Notes under the pieces: generated by a model
What the model saw: the letters and a program-made list of their open reading frames with translations, nothing else
The model's database searches: none
Told to the model about the DNA's origin: nothing
In this document: in pieces, positions 36,513 to 45,990 of the stretch
Layout of the letters: each line of letters begins with the position of its first letter
Position numbering within the stretch: the first letter of the stretch is position 1
Position numbers and translations under genes: made by a program
Virus record (IMG/VR): IMGVR_UViG_3300004369_000002
Location: 1 to 64,000 of that record
Strand: one strand, 5' to 3'
DNA from: a virus
Length of the DNA stretch: 64,000 nucleotides

Positions 36513-36965
36513 ATGAAACTAGCACAGCGCCAAATTGTCGCTTCGATCAACCCGTCGCAGGACGGCAACACTGAGGTTCCGCCTCCGGTGGGGTCTGATG
36601 GCGGTCTGGTTTACTTTGCTCAGGTGAGTGGTGGTGAAATCACTGCTTCGGTTGAGAAGATTTACATCGGCGGCAAGTTGTTCCCCGAGGTTCTTTGCGC
36701 TCCTTCGGAGATTGGTGACATCACTTTGACTCGTCACTATTCTCGTGATGTTGATGGGACGTTCTTGTCGTCTATTCGCAAGATGGTTGGTCGTGCCTAT
36801 TACGACATTCTGATTGAAGAATTGAACTGCGAGGTCAAGAACCCCCAGGGCAGCCGCAACTACCCGATGTGTTTGCTCGTTGGGTTGACGGAGCCTGAGG
36901 GTGACGCAGCGTCAGGTGCACCTGCCACCTACTCGCTGACCTTCAGCGTTTCCTCCATCGCCTGA
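36513..36965 (+). CDS. Tail tube protein
   Basis: Follows sheath; FAQVSGG, ITLTR, LTFSV. Confidence 0.8.
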   Translation: MKLAQRQIVASINPSQDGNTEVPPPVGSDGGLVYFAQVSGGEITASVEKIYIGGKLFPEVLCAPSEIGDITLTRHYSRDVDGTFLSSIRKMVGRAYYDILIEELNCEVKNPQGSRNYPMCLLVGLTEPEGDAASGAPATYSLTFSVSSIA

Positions 36966-36987
36966 ACCATCAAAATCTAAGAACTTT

Positions 36988-37022
36988 CGACAAAGGGAGT
37001 GCCACTGGCGCTCCCTTTGTCG
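36988..37022 (+). terminator. Strong hairpin after tube gene
   Basis: cgacaaagggag-tgcca-c-tggcg-ctccctttgtcg; 12-bp perfect outer stem. Confidence 0.75.
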
Positions 37023-37031
37023 TGCTATGGT
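37023..37031 (+). promoter_or_regulatory. Extended -10 TGC-TATGGT, leaderless
   Basis: 7 nt before ATG 37039; no SD. Confidence 0.6.
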
Positions 37032-37038
37032 TCCCAGC

Positions 37039-37560
37039 ATGGCAGAAGAACTGTACGAAATTGTCGGTGACGAACCCACGAAGAAGGCGTCACCGAAAAA
37101 CCTTGTATCGTCCACACCTACAGTGTTGGAGCAACTGAAGGAAGCACTCAGCAAGAAAGTGGAACGCCCCAGCGTTTATCTGGAAGTCCCAGAACGCCCG
37201 GGAATAACACTTGAAGTGTCTCCCAACATCACACAGAACCAAATCCGCGCATGGCGTAAAAATGCTGGTGAAGACACCAAAAATGGTATGGACGCAACAA
37301 AGTTCGCTTGCGCCGTTATCGGACACACCACAATCGGCATTTTCCTCAATAGTGAACAGGCTGTTGACGACGACGGCATTCCGTTGACATTTGGTTCGGA
37401 TCTGATCCTTCAGATGACCAGCACCACTCGCCCCATCCCCGATTGCGTGCGAGCATTTTTCGGTATCGACCCCCACGTAGAGGCTGCCGCGCTGGCAATC
37501 CTGGAGGCGGCAGGGTATTCAGACTCTGTTGATACCGTGGACCCTACCAAGACGTCCTAG
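37039..37560 (+). CDS. Tail assembly chaperone (G)
   Basis: Between tube and tape measure; ends VDPTKTS. Confidence 0.8.
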   Translation: MAEELYEIVGDEPTKKASPKNLVSSTPTVLEQLKEALSKKVERPSVYLEVPERPGITLEVSPNITQNQIRAWRKNAGEDTKNGMDATKFACAVIGHTTIGIFLNSEQAVDDDGIPLTFGSDLILQMTSTTRPIPDCVRAFFGIDPHVEAAALAILEAAGYSDSVDTVDPTKTS

Positions 37561-37739
37561 ACGTTCTCGTCCAGGACCCGCGGGTACAGTCCGCAGCACG
37601 ACTAGGTGAACTATGGGGCACAGACCCCATTAGGCTTCTTGACTGTAGCGATGAAGAATGGCTGATCAGGTATGCCTGTGCTAAAGTTATTGAAGCAGAT
37701 CGTGCAGAGCAGGAGCGTAAATCGGCCCAAAATCGTTAG
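37533..37739 (+). CDS. Tail assembly chaperone -1 frameshift extension (T)
   Basis: -1 frame open 37533-37739 (..LDVLVQDPRVQSAARLGELWGTDPIRLL..WLIRYACAK..) with no ATG/GTG/TTG start; overlaps the G stop. Confidence 0.75.
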   Translation, partial: YRGPYQDVLDVLVQDPRVQSAARLGELWGTDPIRLLDCSDEEWLIRYACAKVIEADRAEQERKSAQNR

Positions 37740-37772
37740 CGGGCTATTTATTTGTTTCCGTGGAGTCCGTAG

Positions 37773-40700
37773 ATGGCAGAACGAGAAAAAGTCACAATAC
37801 GGATCGACGTCGACGCCGATACGGCGGCAATTGACAGGCTTCAAAAGCGCCTGAAAGAACTTTGCCGTCAGGCTGATCGTTGCAACGAAACGTTCAGCAA
37901 ACTGGGCAGAACGTTCGAAGACAATGAAAAAGAAGTCAACAAAAGCACCAAGTCCAACGATAAAAATCGAAAATCTCTTAGCGCATTAGCCAGGGCTGGC
38001 GACAAGGTTTCCGACGTCTTTGGGAAAACATTCAAGTTGGCTCTCAAAGGCACGGCAATCGCAACAGCCGCGCTAGCAGCAGCACTATCGTCAGTAAACC
38101 TACTGTTGAAAACAGGTCAGGTTTTGACGCGTGCCTGGAATGCATCGGTGCGTGGATTAGGAGTCGCAGCAGCCAACGCTGCGGCAGGTGTCGCCGCCCT
38201 TGCTGCGGTATTTACCCAGGCTATGCGCCAGTTTGCGGCGGCACAAAGCAGCGCAAACTATAAGGGCAGTTTTGCTGGGGCATCACAGGGTCTCCGGACA
38301 ATGCAAACCGATGTCGAATTGGCCGTATTCGGAGTTCAAAGCCTGACCTCAGCATTTGCCGCTGCATCTAGAAACTCGCCAGTTACATCCGGAACAGTCA
38401 AAAGTCTTCGGGGTTTGGCTGACTTCGCTATCGCTTCTGGCGACATGGAAAAGGGTCTGACGGCTGCAGCGAATTTGGTGTCGTTGCTTCAAAGTGGGAA
38501 GGCAGCCGGTGGTCAAGATGTGTTGGCCGCAGCCGCTGAACTTGGGCCACAGTTCGAAAAAGCCTATAAAACTGCGCTCAAGGGTGGCAAGGCAACTAAC
38601 GCTGAACTTTTAAAAATGTTTTCTTCTGGTGCGTTGGCTCAGCAGGCTGGTGTTGCTGGCACGGCAGGAAATGTTCGTGGGACTTTGCTGGGCCAGTTGA
38701 AGATGTTTGCCACCGAATTTCAAACAATCTTCGCTGACATTGGACAAAACTTTATTGAGCCTGTTCAGAGGGCGTTCAACGAAATTCGTCGTATTTTTCT
38801 TCGTACTGTTGTAGCGATTTCCGGGAATCTCGGCCAGTTCGCTCGTGGCCCATTCGTTGATACGCTCGTCAAAGTTGTAGACAAACTTGGCACGTTGACA
38901 GCGACACTATTCAACGTTTACCTTCCAAAGACAGGGGAGGTCGTCAACAATTTCGTCAACAAGTGGAATAGTTTTACCGGAGCAATAGATAAGGCGTTCA
39001 CAAAATTTGGTCGCTTCCTCAACCGGTTCTCGGACGCATCAAAGGTTCTCAACACATTTTTCGGTTCCATCCTACGAGCAATCGGTGGGGAAATTGGAAC
39101 AGGGTTCGAAAACTTCGCTGATCTCATCGTCAAAAACCAAGACGATTTCCTCAAATTCGGTGACTCACTCGGGAAATTAATCAAACAGATTGGTCGCCTT
39201 TTTTCCGAAATTCGCGACGCGTTCTTTCAGGCTCTCCCGGCAATCACCAACATTGTTAACGCGATCACACAGTTGGTTGGCGCGTTAGCAAGCCTCGTTA
39301 ATATTCTCGGTCCGCTTGGAGTTATCGCATTGCCACTGCTCGCAATGGGAATGAGCAGCAAAGGTCGTGGCCGCCTAGGAGCGGCAGGCCGATTTGTGGG
39401 AACACCTGGTGGAGGTGCTGTTACTGCAGCGATGGCCGCCCAATTGATTCCTGGTCTTGGTGGCGATCTCTTGACGGCAGGGATTCTGGGTGGCTTTGGA
39501 GGCGCAAAAATAGCGGGCAAAATGGGAGGCGCCTACGCAGGACTTCTGGGAGCGGGAGCAGGAGTTGTGGGGGGAGCAGGCGTTGTCGCATCTAACTACA
39601 CATCCCAATGGGCAGAAAACGCTTTCGGGAACACCGCTGCAACAACAGGCGTTGGTGCAGGAACCGGAGCCGCATTTGGCGCAGCCGCTGGAACAATGAT
39701 CCTTCCTGGAGTTGGCACGGCAATCGGAGCCGTTTTGGGAACAATTATCGGAGGAGTTATCGGCTGGATGAATTCTGGCAAAGCCAAAAAAGCGGCACGG
39801 CAGGGAGGCGAACGATTCGCAGAAGGCTACGCCGACAACATCACACTTGCACTACAACACGGCGCTATTCGTGAAGCCGAAACTATGAGCATGCGCTTTG
39901 ATACAAACCTGCAAAAAGCAACAGACGGCATGAACCGTGCAGGAGAAGCACGCAAAAAAGCCGACGAAGTATTCGGCAAACGAATGGAAGACATTCAACC
40001 AGTAATCGATCAATTCAACCGCAACCTTGATGACCTAACCAGAATCACCGGCAGAACCGAAGAGGAAATCATTGCTCTCGCACAATCAGCAGAAGTAGAT
40101 CTTGGATCAAACCTACTTGACTTGCAAGAGATCATGCAGAAAACCGGCCTAGCAGTCGGAAAGTTCGGTGAAGATTTCAACGCAGCAATCAACAATGTGA
40201 TCGGTGAAGCCGCATCATCTATTTACCGAACATTCGAAATTCTGGACGCTCCACGCGTCATGGATCAAGCAGCGATCGCACTTCAAGAGGCAATAGCAAG
40301 TGGCGCCGGACTAACAGATCAAGACAGAAGCCAATTCCTACAAACGCTTTTCACCCAAGCCCAACTTGTAACAGGCGGCGACCCTCTAGAAACAATCCGG
40401 TACCTACGCGAAAATATCGGAACACTAGACGCACCTGGCATTCAGTTCACCACTCCAGGTTCTCGTCTCTACGGGCTACAAGGCGACTTGCTCGGTGGTG
40501 GAGGCGCCCAAATGATGGGTGCCGCCTATGGCACTATCGGAACCGGATTGCGTGACGTTATCCGAGGAAACATCATCAGTGAAGTTGGGCGTGCTGGCGC
40601 GACAATCGATGTTGCGCAACTAGATGCGGCGTTGGCTGGAATCACAGATCTTGCTGAATTGGAACGGATCGGTGAAGCAGTTCGGCAGTCAGGTTTCATC

Positions 40701-41489
40701 ACAAACGCAACATTGAACCTGGGTCGTGGCCGTACAGCCAACATGGAAGGGACTGCAGGAAGGGACCTGGAAGAAATTCTTGGTACTGATGCTGGGCTTC
40801 GTAGAAGCGAAAACCAGGAATTTTTAGCCGAATACGGTAATGAGACCGAGCGAATGATCGCTGGCTTTGGCACTGCACTTGACCCGCTGGAACAAGGGAT
40901 GGCCACATTCAATAACAATATCAACTTGTTGATTGCTGCAGTCGGCGGCAACCCGAGCGGTTCTTCATCTAGCGCGACGACAACCAGCACATCGACGGCT
41001 AGGAACACTAGGACTGGACGGGGGCAAACAGATGGCGATACATCATCGCCCCGATGGAATATCTTGCAGACACTTGGCAAACACTCGTCATTTGATATGG
41101 GTATCGCCGGAACGCGACAGATTTCATCTGGGCTGCGTAACTACAATCTTGGCTCCTTGTCCTCCGATCATGCCATGGGACGCGCCTATGACCTGACCGG
41201 ACAAAACCTTGGCGCATACCAGTCAGCAGTGCGGGCAGCAGGAGGCCTGGCCGAGTTCCATGGCCGAGGTGGAAGCCGTCATCTACACGTTGTTCCTGGC
41301 GCTGGCCCGGTCGGTGACAGTGCGACGCCATACATGGGAGCGCCCTCGGGAGGCGGATCGATCACAACCAACGATTCATACAGCATTGTTGTGAATGCGA
41401 CGCCAGGCATGGATGTCAAGCAGTTGGCAGATGAGGTCATGAGCCGCCTGGAACGCAAGCAGCGCGACATGTACGAGAGGCGGCAGTAA
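37773..41489 (+). CDS. Tape measure protein with C-terminal M15/LAS-type peptidase-like domain
   Basis: 1238 aa, Ala/Gly-rich helical with hydrophobic segments; SSG.R, SDHAMGRAYD, HLHV. Confidence 0.9.
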   Translation: MAEREKVTIRIDVDADTAAIDRLQKRLKELCRQADRCNETFSKLGRTFEDNEKEVNKSTKSNDKNRKSLSALARAGDKVSDVFGKTFKLALKGTAIATAALAAALSSVNLLLKTGQVLTRAWNASVRGLGVAAANAAAGVAALAAVFTQAMRQFAAAQSSANYKGSFAGASQGLRTMQTDVELAVFGVQSLTSAFAAASRNSPVTSGTVKSLRGLADFAIASGDMEKGLTAAANLVSLLQSGKAAGGQDVLAAAAELGPQFEKAYKTALKGGKATNAELLKMFSSGALAQQAGVAGTAGNVRGTLLGQLKMFATEFQTIFADIGQNFIEPVQRAFNEIRRIFLRTVVAISGNLGQFARGPFVDTLVKVVDKLGTLTATLFNVYLPKTGEVVNNFVNKWNSFTGAIDKAFTKFGRFLNRFSDASKVLNTFFGSILRAIGGEIGTGFENFADLIVKNQDDFLKFGDSLGKLIKQIGRLFSEIRDAFFQALPAITNIVNAITQLVGALASLVNILGPLGVIALPLLAMGMSSKGRGRLGAAGRFVGTPGGGAVTAAMAAQLIPGLGGDLLTAGILGGFGGAKIAGKMGGAYAGLLGAGAGVVGGAGVVASNYTSQWAENAFGNTAATTGVGAGTGAAFGAAAGTMILPGVGTAIGAVLGTIIGGVIGWMNSGKAKKAARQGGERFAEGYADNITLALQHGAIREAETMSMRFDTNLQKATDGMNRAGEARKKADEVFGKRMEDIQPVIDQFNRNLDDLTRITGRTEEEIIALAQSAEVDLGSNLLDLQEIMQKTGLAVGKFGEDFNAAINNVIGEAASSIYRTFEILDAPRVMDQAAIALQEAIASGAGLTDQDRSQFLQTLFTQAQLVTGGDPLETIRYLRENIGTLDAPGIQFTTPGSRLYGLQGDLLGGGGAQMMGAAYGTIGTGLRDVIRGNIISEVGRAGATIDVAQLDAALAGITDLAELERIGEAVRQSGFITNATLNLGRGRTANMEGTAGRDLEEILGTDAGLRRSENQEFLAEYGNETERMIAGFGTALDPLEQGMATFNNNINLLIAAVGGNPSGSSSSATTTSTSTARNTRTGRGQTDGDTSSPRWNILQTLGKHSSFDMGIAGTRQISSGLRNYNLGSLSSDHAMGRAYDLTGQNLGAYQSAVRAAGGLAEFHGRGGSRHLHVVPGAGPVGDSATPYMGAPSGGGSITTNDSYSIVVNATPGMDVKQLADEVMSRLERKQRDMYERRQ

Positions 41490-42211
41490 TGGCTAGTCAG
41501 TCGTCAGATCTTCGTAAGATTCGTGTTACGCCGCAATTAGCGCGAGTGAGCGCGGGCGTCCCATCTATTCGCACACGCAATAACTCAGTCGCTCAGAAAG
41601 CATTGATCAAGTACCCGCAGATGATCGCTGCAAAAACTCAGGGTACAGAAGAAGAACTGGAGTTCACATTCCCGTTCCCTCCACAGTCTGTTTCGTATCG
41701 CGATTTAGCGCCGGAAATGTCGCAGATCGCGCGCCCTGGACGTACACCAATTGTTGCTTTTAGTCGTTACAAGGCACGCCAGGTGGATCTACAGTTTTTG
41801 GTTGCCGTGCCCACAGATGGTCTTTTTATCGATGTTGAAAACGACGTGCGGCTTTTGCAGTTTATGGCGGCAACCGGTCGTCCAGTTTGGTTTTACAACT
41901 TTGACAAGTTTCTTGGCAACACGTTCTCGGAAATTACAATCGGACAGATCACGTTTTTTTGGACGATCACCGATCTGAACTTCACGTCAATTCGTCGTAA
42001 TTCGGCGCAAAGAATTGTGCAGGCAGAAGTATCGATGAGTATTGTTGAAAATAACAATCCAAAAATTGTGGTTGCGCAGTTGCCGAAGATCACTTACGGG
42101 GAGAATCCTCCCGCTAGATCAAATCGTCCGAGCACCGCTCCGCCAGAGCAGGAGTTTGTGGAGTGGACTGACGTTTGGGAGACGGGCAACTCGCGAGCAG
42201 GATCCCCCTAA
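41489..42211 (+). CDS. Tail tube initiator/baseplate protein
   Basis: Follows TMP; FPFPP..V, I.RPGR.P, ITDL, A.VS.S..E. Confidence 0.6.
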   Translation: MASQSSDLRKIRVTPQLARVSAGVPSIRTRNNSVAQKALIKYPQMIAAKTQGTEEELEFTFPFPPQSVSYRDLAPEMSQIARPGRTPIVAFSRYKARQVDLQFLVAVPTDGLFIDVENDVRLLQFMAATGRPVWFYNFDKFLGNTFSEITIGQITFFWTITDLNFTSIRRNSAQRIVQAEVSMSIVENNNPKIVVAQLPKITYGENPPARSNRPSTAPPEQEFVEWTDVWETGNSRAGSP

Positions 42212-42213
42212 AA

Positions 42214-43794
42214 ATGAGTTCGTTCATTCCGATCGATAAAGACTTGTTCCAGATTGGTGATATTGCCACCAATGTTATGAATGACATATCTGAATATGTT
42301 TCATCGTTTGATGTGTCGTTTAGTATGGATGGAACATCAGAATTGGCGATTGAGATAGTTGACCCGAACTTCCAGTTTGGAAACAATAATTATTTCCAGA
42401 TTCGACGTGACATCTTGTACAACCGCAATATGTTTGAAATTGCGGCAGTCGAAGTTCGTCAATCCGAGTCAGTTCATCCGGTGTACCGCATTCAGGCTAG
42501 GAATAAAGCGGTTCAGATGATGAAACGTGATAAGACGCCGGAAGCGTATCGCGGCACGTCAGCATCGGATTATGCCAGGACCGTAGCGAAACGGTTCAAC
42601 ATGGATGTCGTTATTGAGGAAACCGCCAAGAAGCAGTCCATCGTGAAAGGGCGGAGCGGGAAAAATGACGAGTCGGTTTGGGACGTTCTTCAACGGTCAG
42701 CCGGTGATGCGCAGTTCGTGTGTTTTGAAGTGGACAACATTCTCTTCTTTTGTTCTCAAACGTTCCTTCTGGGTAAATGGGGTGACCCTAAGTACAAGTG
42801 GGGTGATGGGACGTTTGTTCCTTATGGGTGGCCGAACCCAAACGAAGAAGCGTTTCCGGGAGCCACGGAAAAGTACATGTTGATCGACATGCCGACGGTT
42901 CGCCGTTCGGACGACAATCCAATGGATGCTGAAGGCATGATAAATGTTGAGCGAACCAACGGGCGTTTGCTTCGTCCGGGTATGACGATCGTATTGACTG
43001 GCATCCCAGATTTTGAGGGTTTCTTTCTTATTGACTCGGTTGATTTTGCGGAAGGTAGCCCGGACCCGGTTCGGATTTCGTTTAGGACACCTGTCAAGCC
43101 GAAAGAGGATCAGAAGAGGAACACTGGAACATCGCAAAGTAGCCAGAACAGCGGTGGAGGTTTGGCTCCTACTGCTTTGCCGACAGATATTGCGAACAAG
43201 ATTCGTGATTATGTTTCGCGAAATTATCCTCGGGCCGAGTTCACTACGCCTGATGGGTTTGCCCAAAAGATAATGGCCGCAGCCAATGAGGCGGTGGCGT
43301 GGGCAACGTTCATTTATGTCAACGGTAAGACTGTTGCTCAGCAGAACGAGTTGCTGGAGAAGTATGCGACTTCGCTGGCCGGAGGTAAGGGCAATATTCG
43401 ATGGAGGGCAGTTGCGAGCGTGAAGTCGTTGTTAAGAGGGAGCACGATCAATGCGTTGGCTCAGGCTTATGCTTCGGCGTTGCCTTCGTCGGCGTACAAC
43501 GGGATTGTTCGTTACTTTTCCAGTCAGGCAGTGGCGAGCGAACGAGACCGACTGGTTCAACTGGCCAGAATTGATGCGTACACTATTTACAAAGCGACTA
43601 CCAAGTCAGAACAAGACAAACTTTTCACTAAGTTCAGAAATCAATACGGCACTAACAGCCCCAGTTATCTCGTTCTTGTTAATATCAGAGGCACAATCTC
43701 ACGAACCGGAACCACAAATCTGGACAATGCATTCCCACCAACCACGCTAGTGGGTTCCTCCAGAAGTGGTGGCGGCGGAATCTCTTACAGGTGA
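42214..43794 (+). CDS. Baseplate hub (gpD/gp27-like) with duplicated helical C-terminal extension
   Basis: ESVWD.LQR.A....FVCFE....LFF, LRPGMTI.L.G...FEG.FLIDSV. Confidence 0.8.
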   Translation: MSSFIPIDKDLFQIGDIATNVMNDISEYVSSFDVSFSMDGTSELAIEIVDPNFQFGNNNYFQIRRDILYNRNMFEIAAVEVRQSESVHPVYRIQARNKAVQMMKRDKTPEAYRGTSASDYARTVAKRFNMDVVIEETAKKQSIVKGRSGKNDESVWDVLQRSAGDAQFVCFEVDNILFFCSQTFLLGKWGDPKYKWGDGTFVPYGWPNPNEEAFPGATEKYMLIDMPTVRRSDDNPMDAEGMINVERTNGRLLRPGMTIVLTGIPDFEGFFLIDSVDFAEGSPDPVRISFRTPVKPKEDQKRNTGTSQSSQNSGGGLAPTALPTDIANKIRDYVSRNYPRAEFTTPDGFAQKIMAAANEAVAWATFIYVNGKTVAQQNELLEKYATSLAGGKGNIRWRAVASVKSLLRGSTINALAQAYASALPSSAYNGIVRYFSSQAVASERDRLVQLARIDAYTIYKATTKSEQDKLFTKFRNQYGTNSPSYLVLVNIRGTISRTGTTNLDNAFPPTTLVGSSRSGGGGISYR

Positions 43795-44231
43795 CAATCG
43801 TGTACAACCTCATTTCCCCAGATAAAGCCGCTTCCGTTGAACTGGAGAAAAACGGCCTATTTGTCGGCACCGTTACCCTGGTTGAGGACAAGAAGGTGTA
43901 CGTAGAGATTCCCCAGTTGACACCTGGGTTCAGTTACGGGCCCTGCATGGTGGTTGCCAACAACCTGAATGTGACGCTGACACGCGCTACGGCTGTAACC
44001 GAGACGGTTGAGACAACGGGAAGTGCGATCGTTTCGGTCTCGGGCGGGGGAACAAGTCCTGTGACGTCGACGTCATCGACTTTCGTCAAATCCGTAAGCG
44101 ACAACACAAATGAGTTTGTCGTTCTGGTTGACATCGAAATGGTTGTTCCGCCCGTAGGAAGTTTGGTTCTCTGCGGCTTCCTCAACAACAGCCTGGACGA
44201 AATAATCGTCCTCGGATCCATACTCTCATAG
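43791..44231 (+). CDS. Baseplate spike / gpV-like OB-fold protein
   Basis: G.V, VEIP, P.VG..VL..F......VLG. Confidence 0.65.
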   Translation: MTIVYNLISPDKAASVELEKNGLFVGTVTLVEDKKVYVEIPQLTPGFSYGPCMVVANNLNVTLTRATAVTETVETTGSAIVSVSGGGTSPVTSTSSTFVKSVSDNTNEFVVLVDIEMVVPPVGSLVLCGFLNNSLDEIIVLGSILS

Positions 44232-44257
44232 CCCTCTGGGCGTGGCAAAATTAAAGA

Positions 44258-44554
44258 ATGGACACCTTGCGCATTCCACTTCGTTTTCGTAACGGTGAGG
44301 CAGAAAAACTCACCGAAGGCTCAGACGAATACTTTGCGCAACTCCTGGCCCTGACCGCCCAAATTTTGCCCGGTGAACTGCCCCTGAACCCCAACTACGG
44401 GGTAGACGACCCCACGTTCAGTGAAGCGGCCCGTCGATCTTTGGCTTTCGTAGCAGGGGCTTTTATCCCAGAAATCGTATTGGAAAACGTAGAAATTATT
44501 GACACAGACTCGGGCAGGTCACAAATTGACATTGCCTTCACGGTAAGGACCTAA
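44258..44554 (+). CDS. Baseplate wedge gp25/gpW-like
   Basis: PGELPLNPNYG; preceded by TGG-CAAAAT, 6 nt from ATG. Confidence 0.8.
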   Translation: MDTLRIPLRFRNGEAEKLTEGSDEYFAQLLALTAQILPGELPLNPNYGVDDPTFSEAARRSLAFVAGAFIPEIVLENVEIIDTDSGRSQIDIAFTVRT

Positions 44555-44555
44555 A

Positions 44556-45989
44556 ATGCCGTCTCCGGATTTCAGCGAATACATTGACCTCACCATCAAC
44601 GACCTCCAACCGGAGGACGTTTACAACGGTGCCGTCGAATACGCCAGGGAGGCACTGCCGGAATTTGATCCTCGGGCAGGGACCGTTGAAGATGCGCTGC
44701 TTCAGGCCATGTCATATGTGTCTGGCGAGGTTATGGGGGCTATCAACCGTTTGCCCAATGGTTTGATGGAAGGCATTTTGCGGTTGATGGGTTTTGCCCG
44801 CTCCGAAGACACCTTTGCAACTGGTGCTGTTATTTTCACAACGATTGACGACACGGGATTGTCGATCCCCGCTGGAACCCAAGTCGCATTCACCGAAATC
44901 ACAGCAACAGGCAGCATCCAGCACATCTTCGAAACAACCGAGAGTGCACAAATAAGTTTCGGATCCACCACCTCATCCGCCGTTCCCATGGTCGCAATTG
45001 ATACAGGAGAAAAACCGGCAATTGCTGACGGAGATGGGATGATCATCTTAACCGCCTCTAACAAACTGTTTTCAGCAGTATTTTCTGGTTCCCTTACGCA
45101 AGGAGCCGTCGGAGAATCAGATTCCGACTACTTCCAGAGAGGCGTACGTTACCTGCAGAGCCTTTCCAGCGCCCTCGCCACACCCACACAAATAGCCGCC
45201 TATGTCCTCACAAACTATTTAGAGGTATACAGGGCGAACGCCATTGATTTAAGTGACCTTGATGAACTGACAGGAATCACCATCTTCGAAAGTGGAGGCC
45301 TAATTGGGGCATCTTTGACACCCAACGTGACCACGGTTGCCCCCGTAGTCAACCCAGGCGACCTGATTCGGATTTATGGGGCGACACCGGAATATTTCAA
45401 TGGCATATTCGAAATTGACAGCGTTGACCCGTATCCGGGTTCGACAATCTATTTCAGTAACACCGTTGGAGCATCGTCCGGCGAAACACACAGCGGCACG
45501 TACACCTTGGAACTGTTGGAAGGCTTGAAGAAAACGACAGCAGACAATCTGGGGTCAGTGACAGTGGTGGTCAACAGCGTCGAAGCCGGAGACCTAACAA
45601 ACACATATAGAAACACCATTAAGAGTGGCGTTTCTCAAAAAATTATTGGGGGAATAAGCCTAAAGGTAGTCAATGCCCTCATCCTTGATTTTGATGTCAA
45701 TATTACGATTGGTCTCAGATCTGGCTATGCGGAACTTGACGTGCGAACAGCAGTCGATACCGCAATCACCAACTACCTCTCCCCTCTACAGTGGGATTGG
45801 TCTGACGAAATCCGTTTGACGACATTAACCACTCTCATCGCCGAAATCGGAGGCGTTGACTACGTGGATAGTGTCTCCATGACGCTTCAAGCAGGAGAAC
45901 TGCTTGCTCAGCAGTTGGTTAACGGAAACATCCAATTCCTATACCACGGCATGCTGCCTCGCGCATCTGTAACGGTAGGCGTGGTGTGA
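44556..45989 (+). CDS. Baseplate J-like protein
   Basis: G..R...A.G.V.F, IPAGT, G...ESDSDY..R, I.GVDYV. Confidence 0.88.
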   Translation: MPSPDFSEYIDLTINDLQPEDVYNGAVEYAREALPEFDPRAGTVEDALLQAMSYVSGEVMGAINRLPNGLMEGILRLMGFARSEDTFATGAVIFTTIDDTGLSIPAGTQVAFTEITATGSIQHIFETTESAQISFGSTTSSAVPMVAIDTGEKPAIADGDGMIILTASNKLFSAVFSGSLTQGAVGESDSDYFQRGVRYLQSLSSALATPTQIAAYVLTNYLEVYRANAIDLSDLDELTGITIFESGGLIGASLTPNVTTVAPVVNPGDLIRIYGATPEYFNGIFEIDSVDPYPGSTIYFSNTVGASSGETHSGTYTLELLEGLKKTTADNLGSVTVVVNSVEAGDLTNTYRNTIKSGVSQKIIGGISLKVVNALILDFDVNITIGLRSGYAELDVRTAVDTAITNYLSPLQWDWSDEIRLTTLTTLIAEIGGVDYVDSVSMTLQAGELLAQQLVNGNIQFLYHGMLPRASVTVGVV

Positions 45990-45990
45990 T

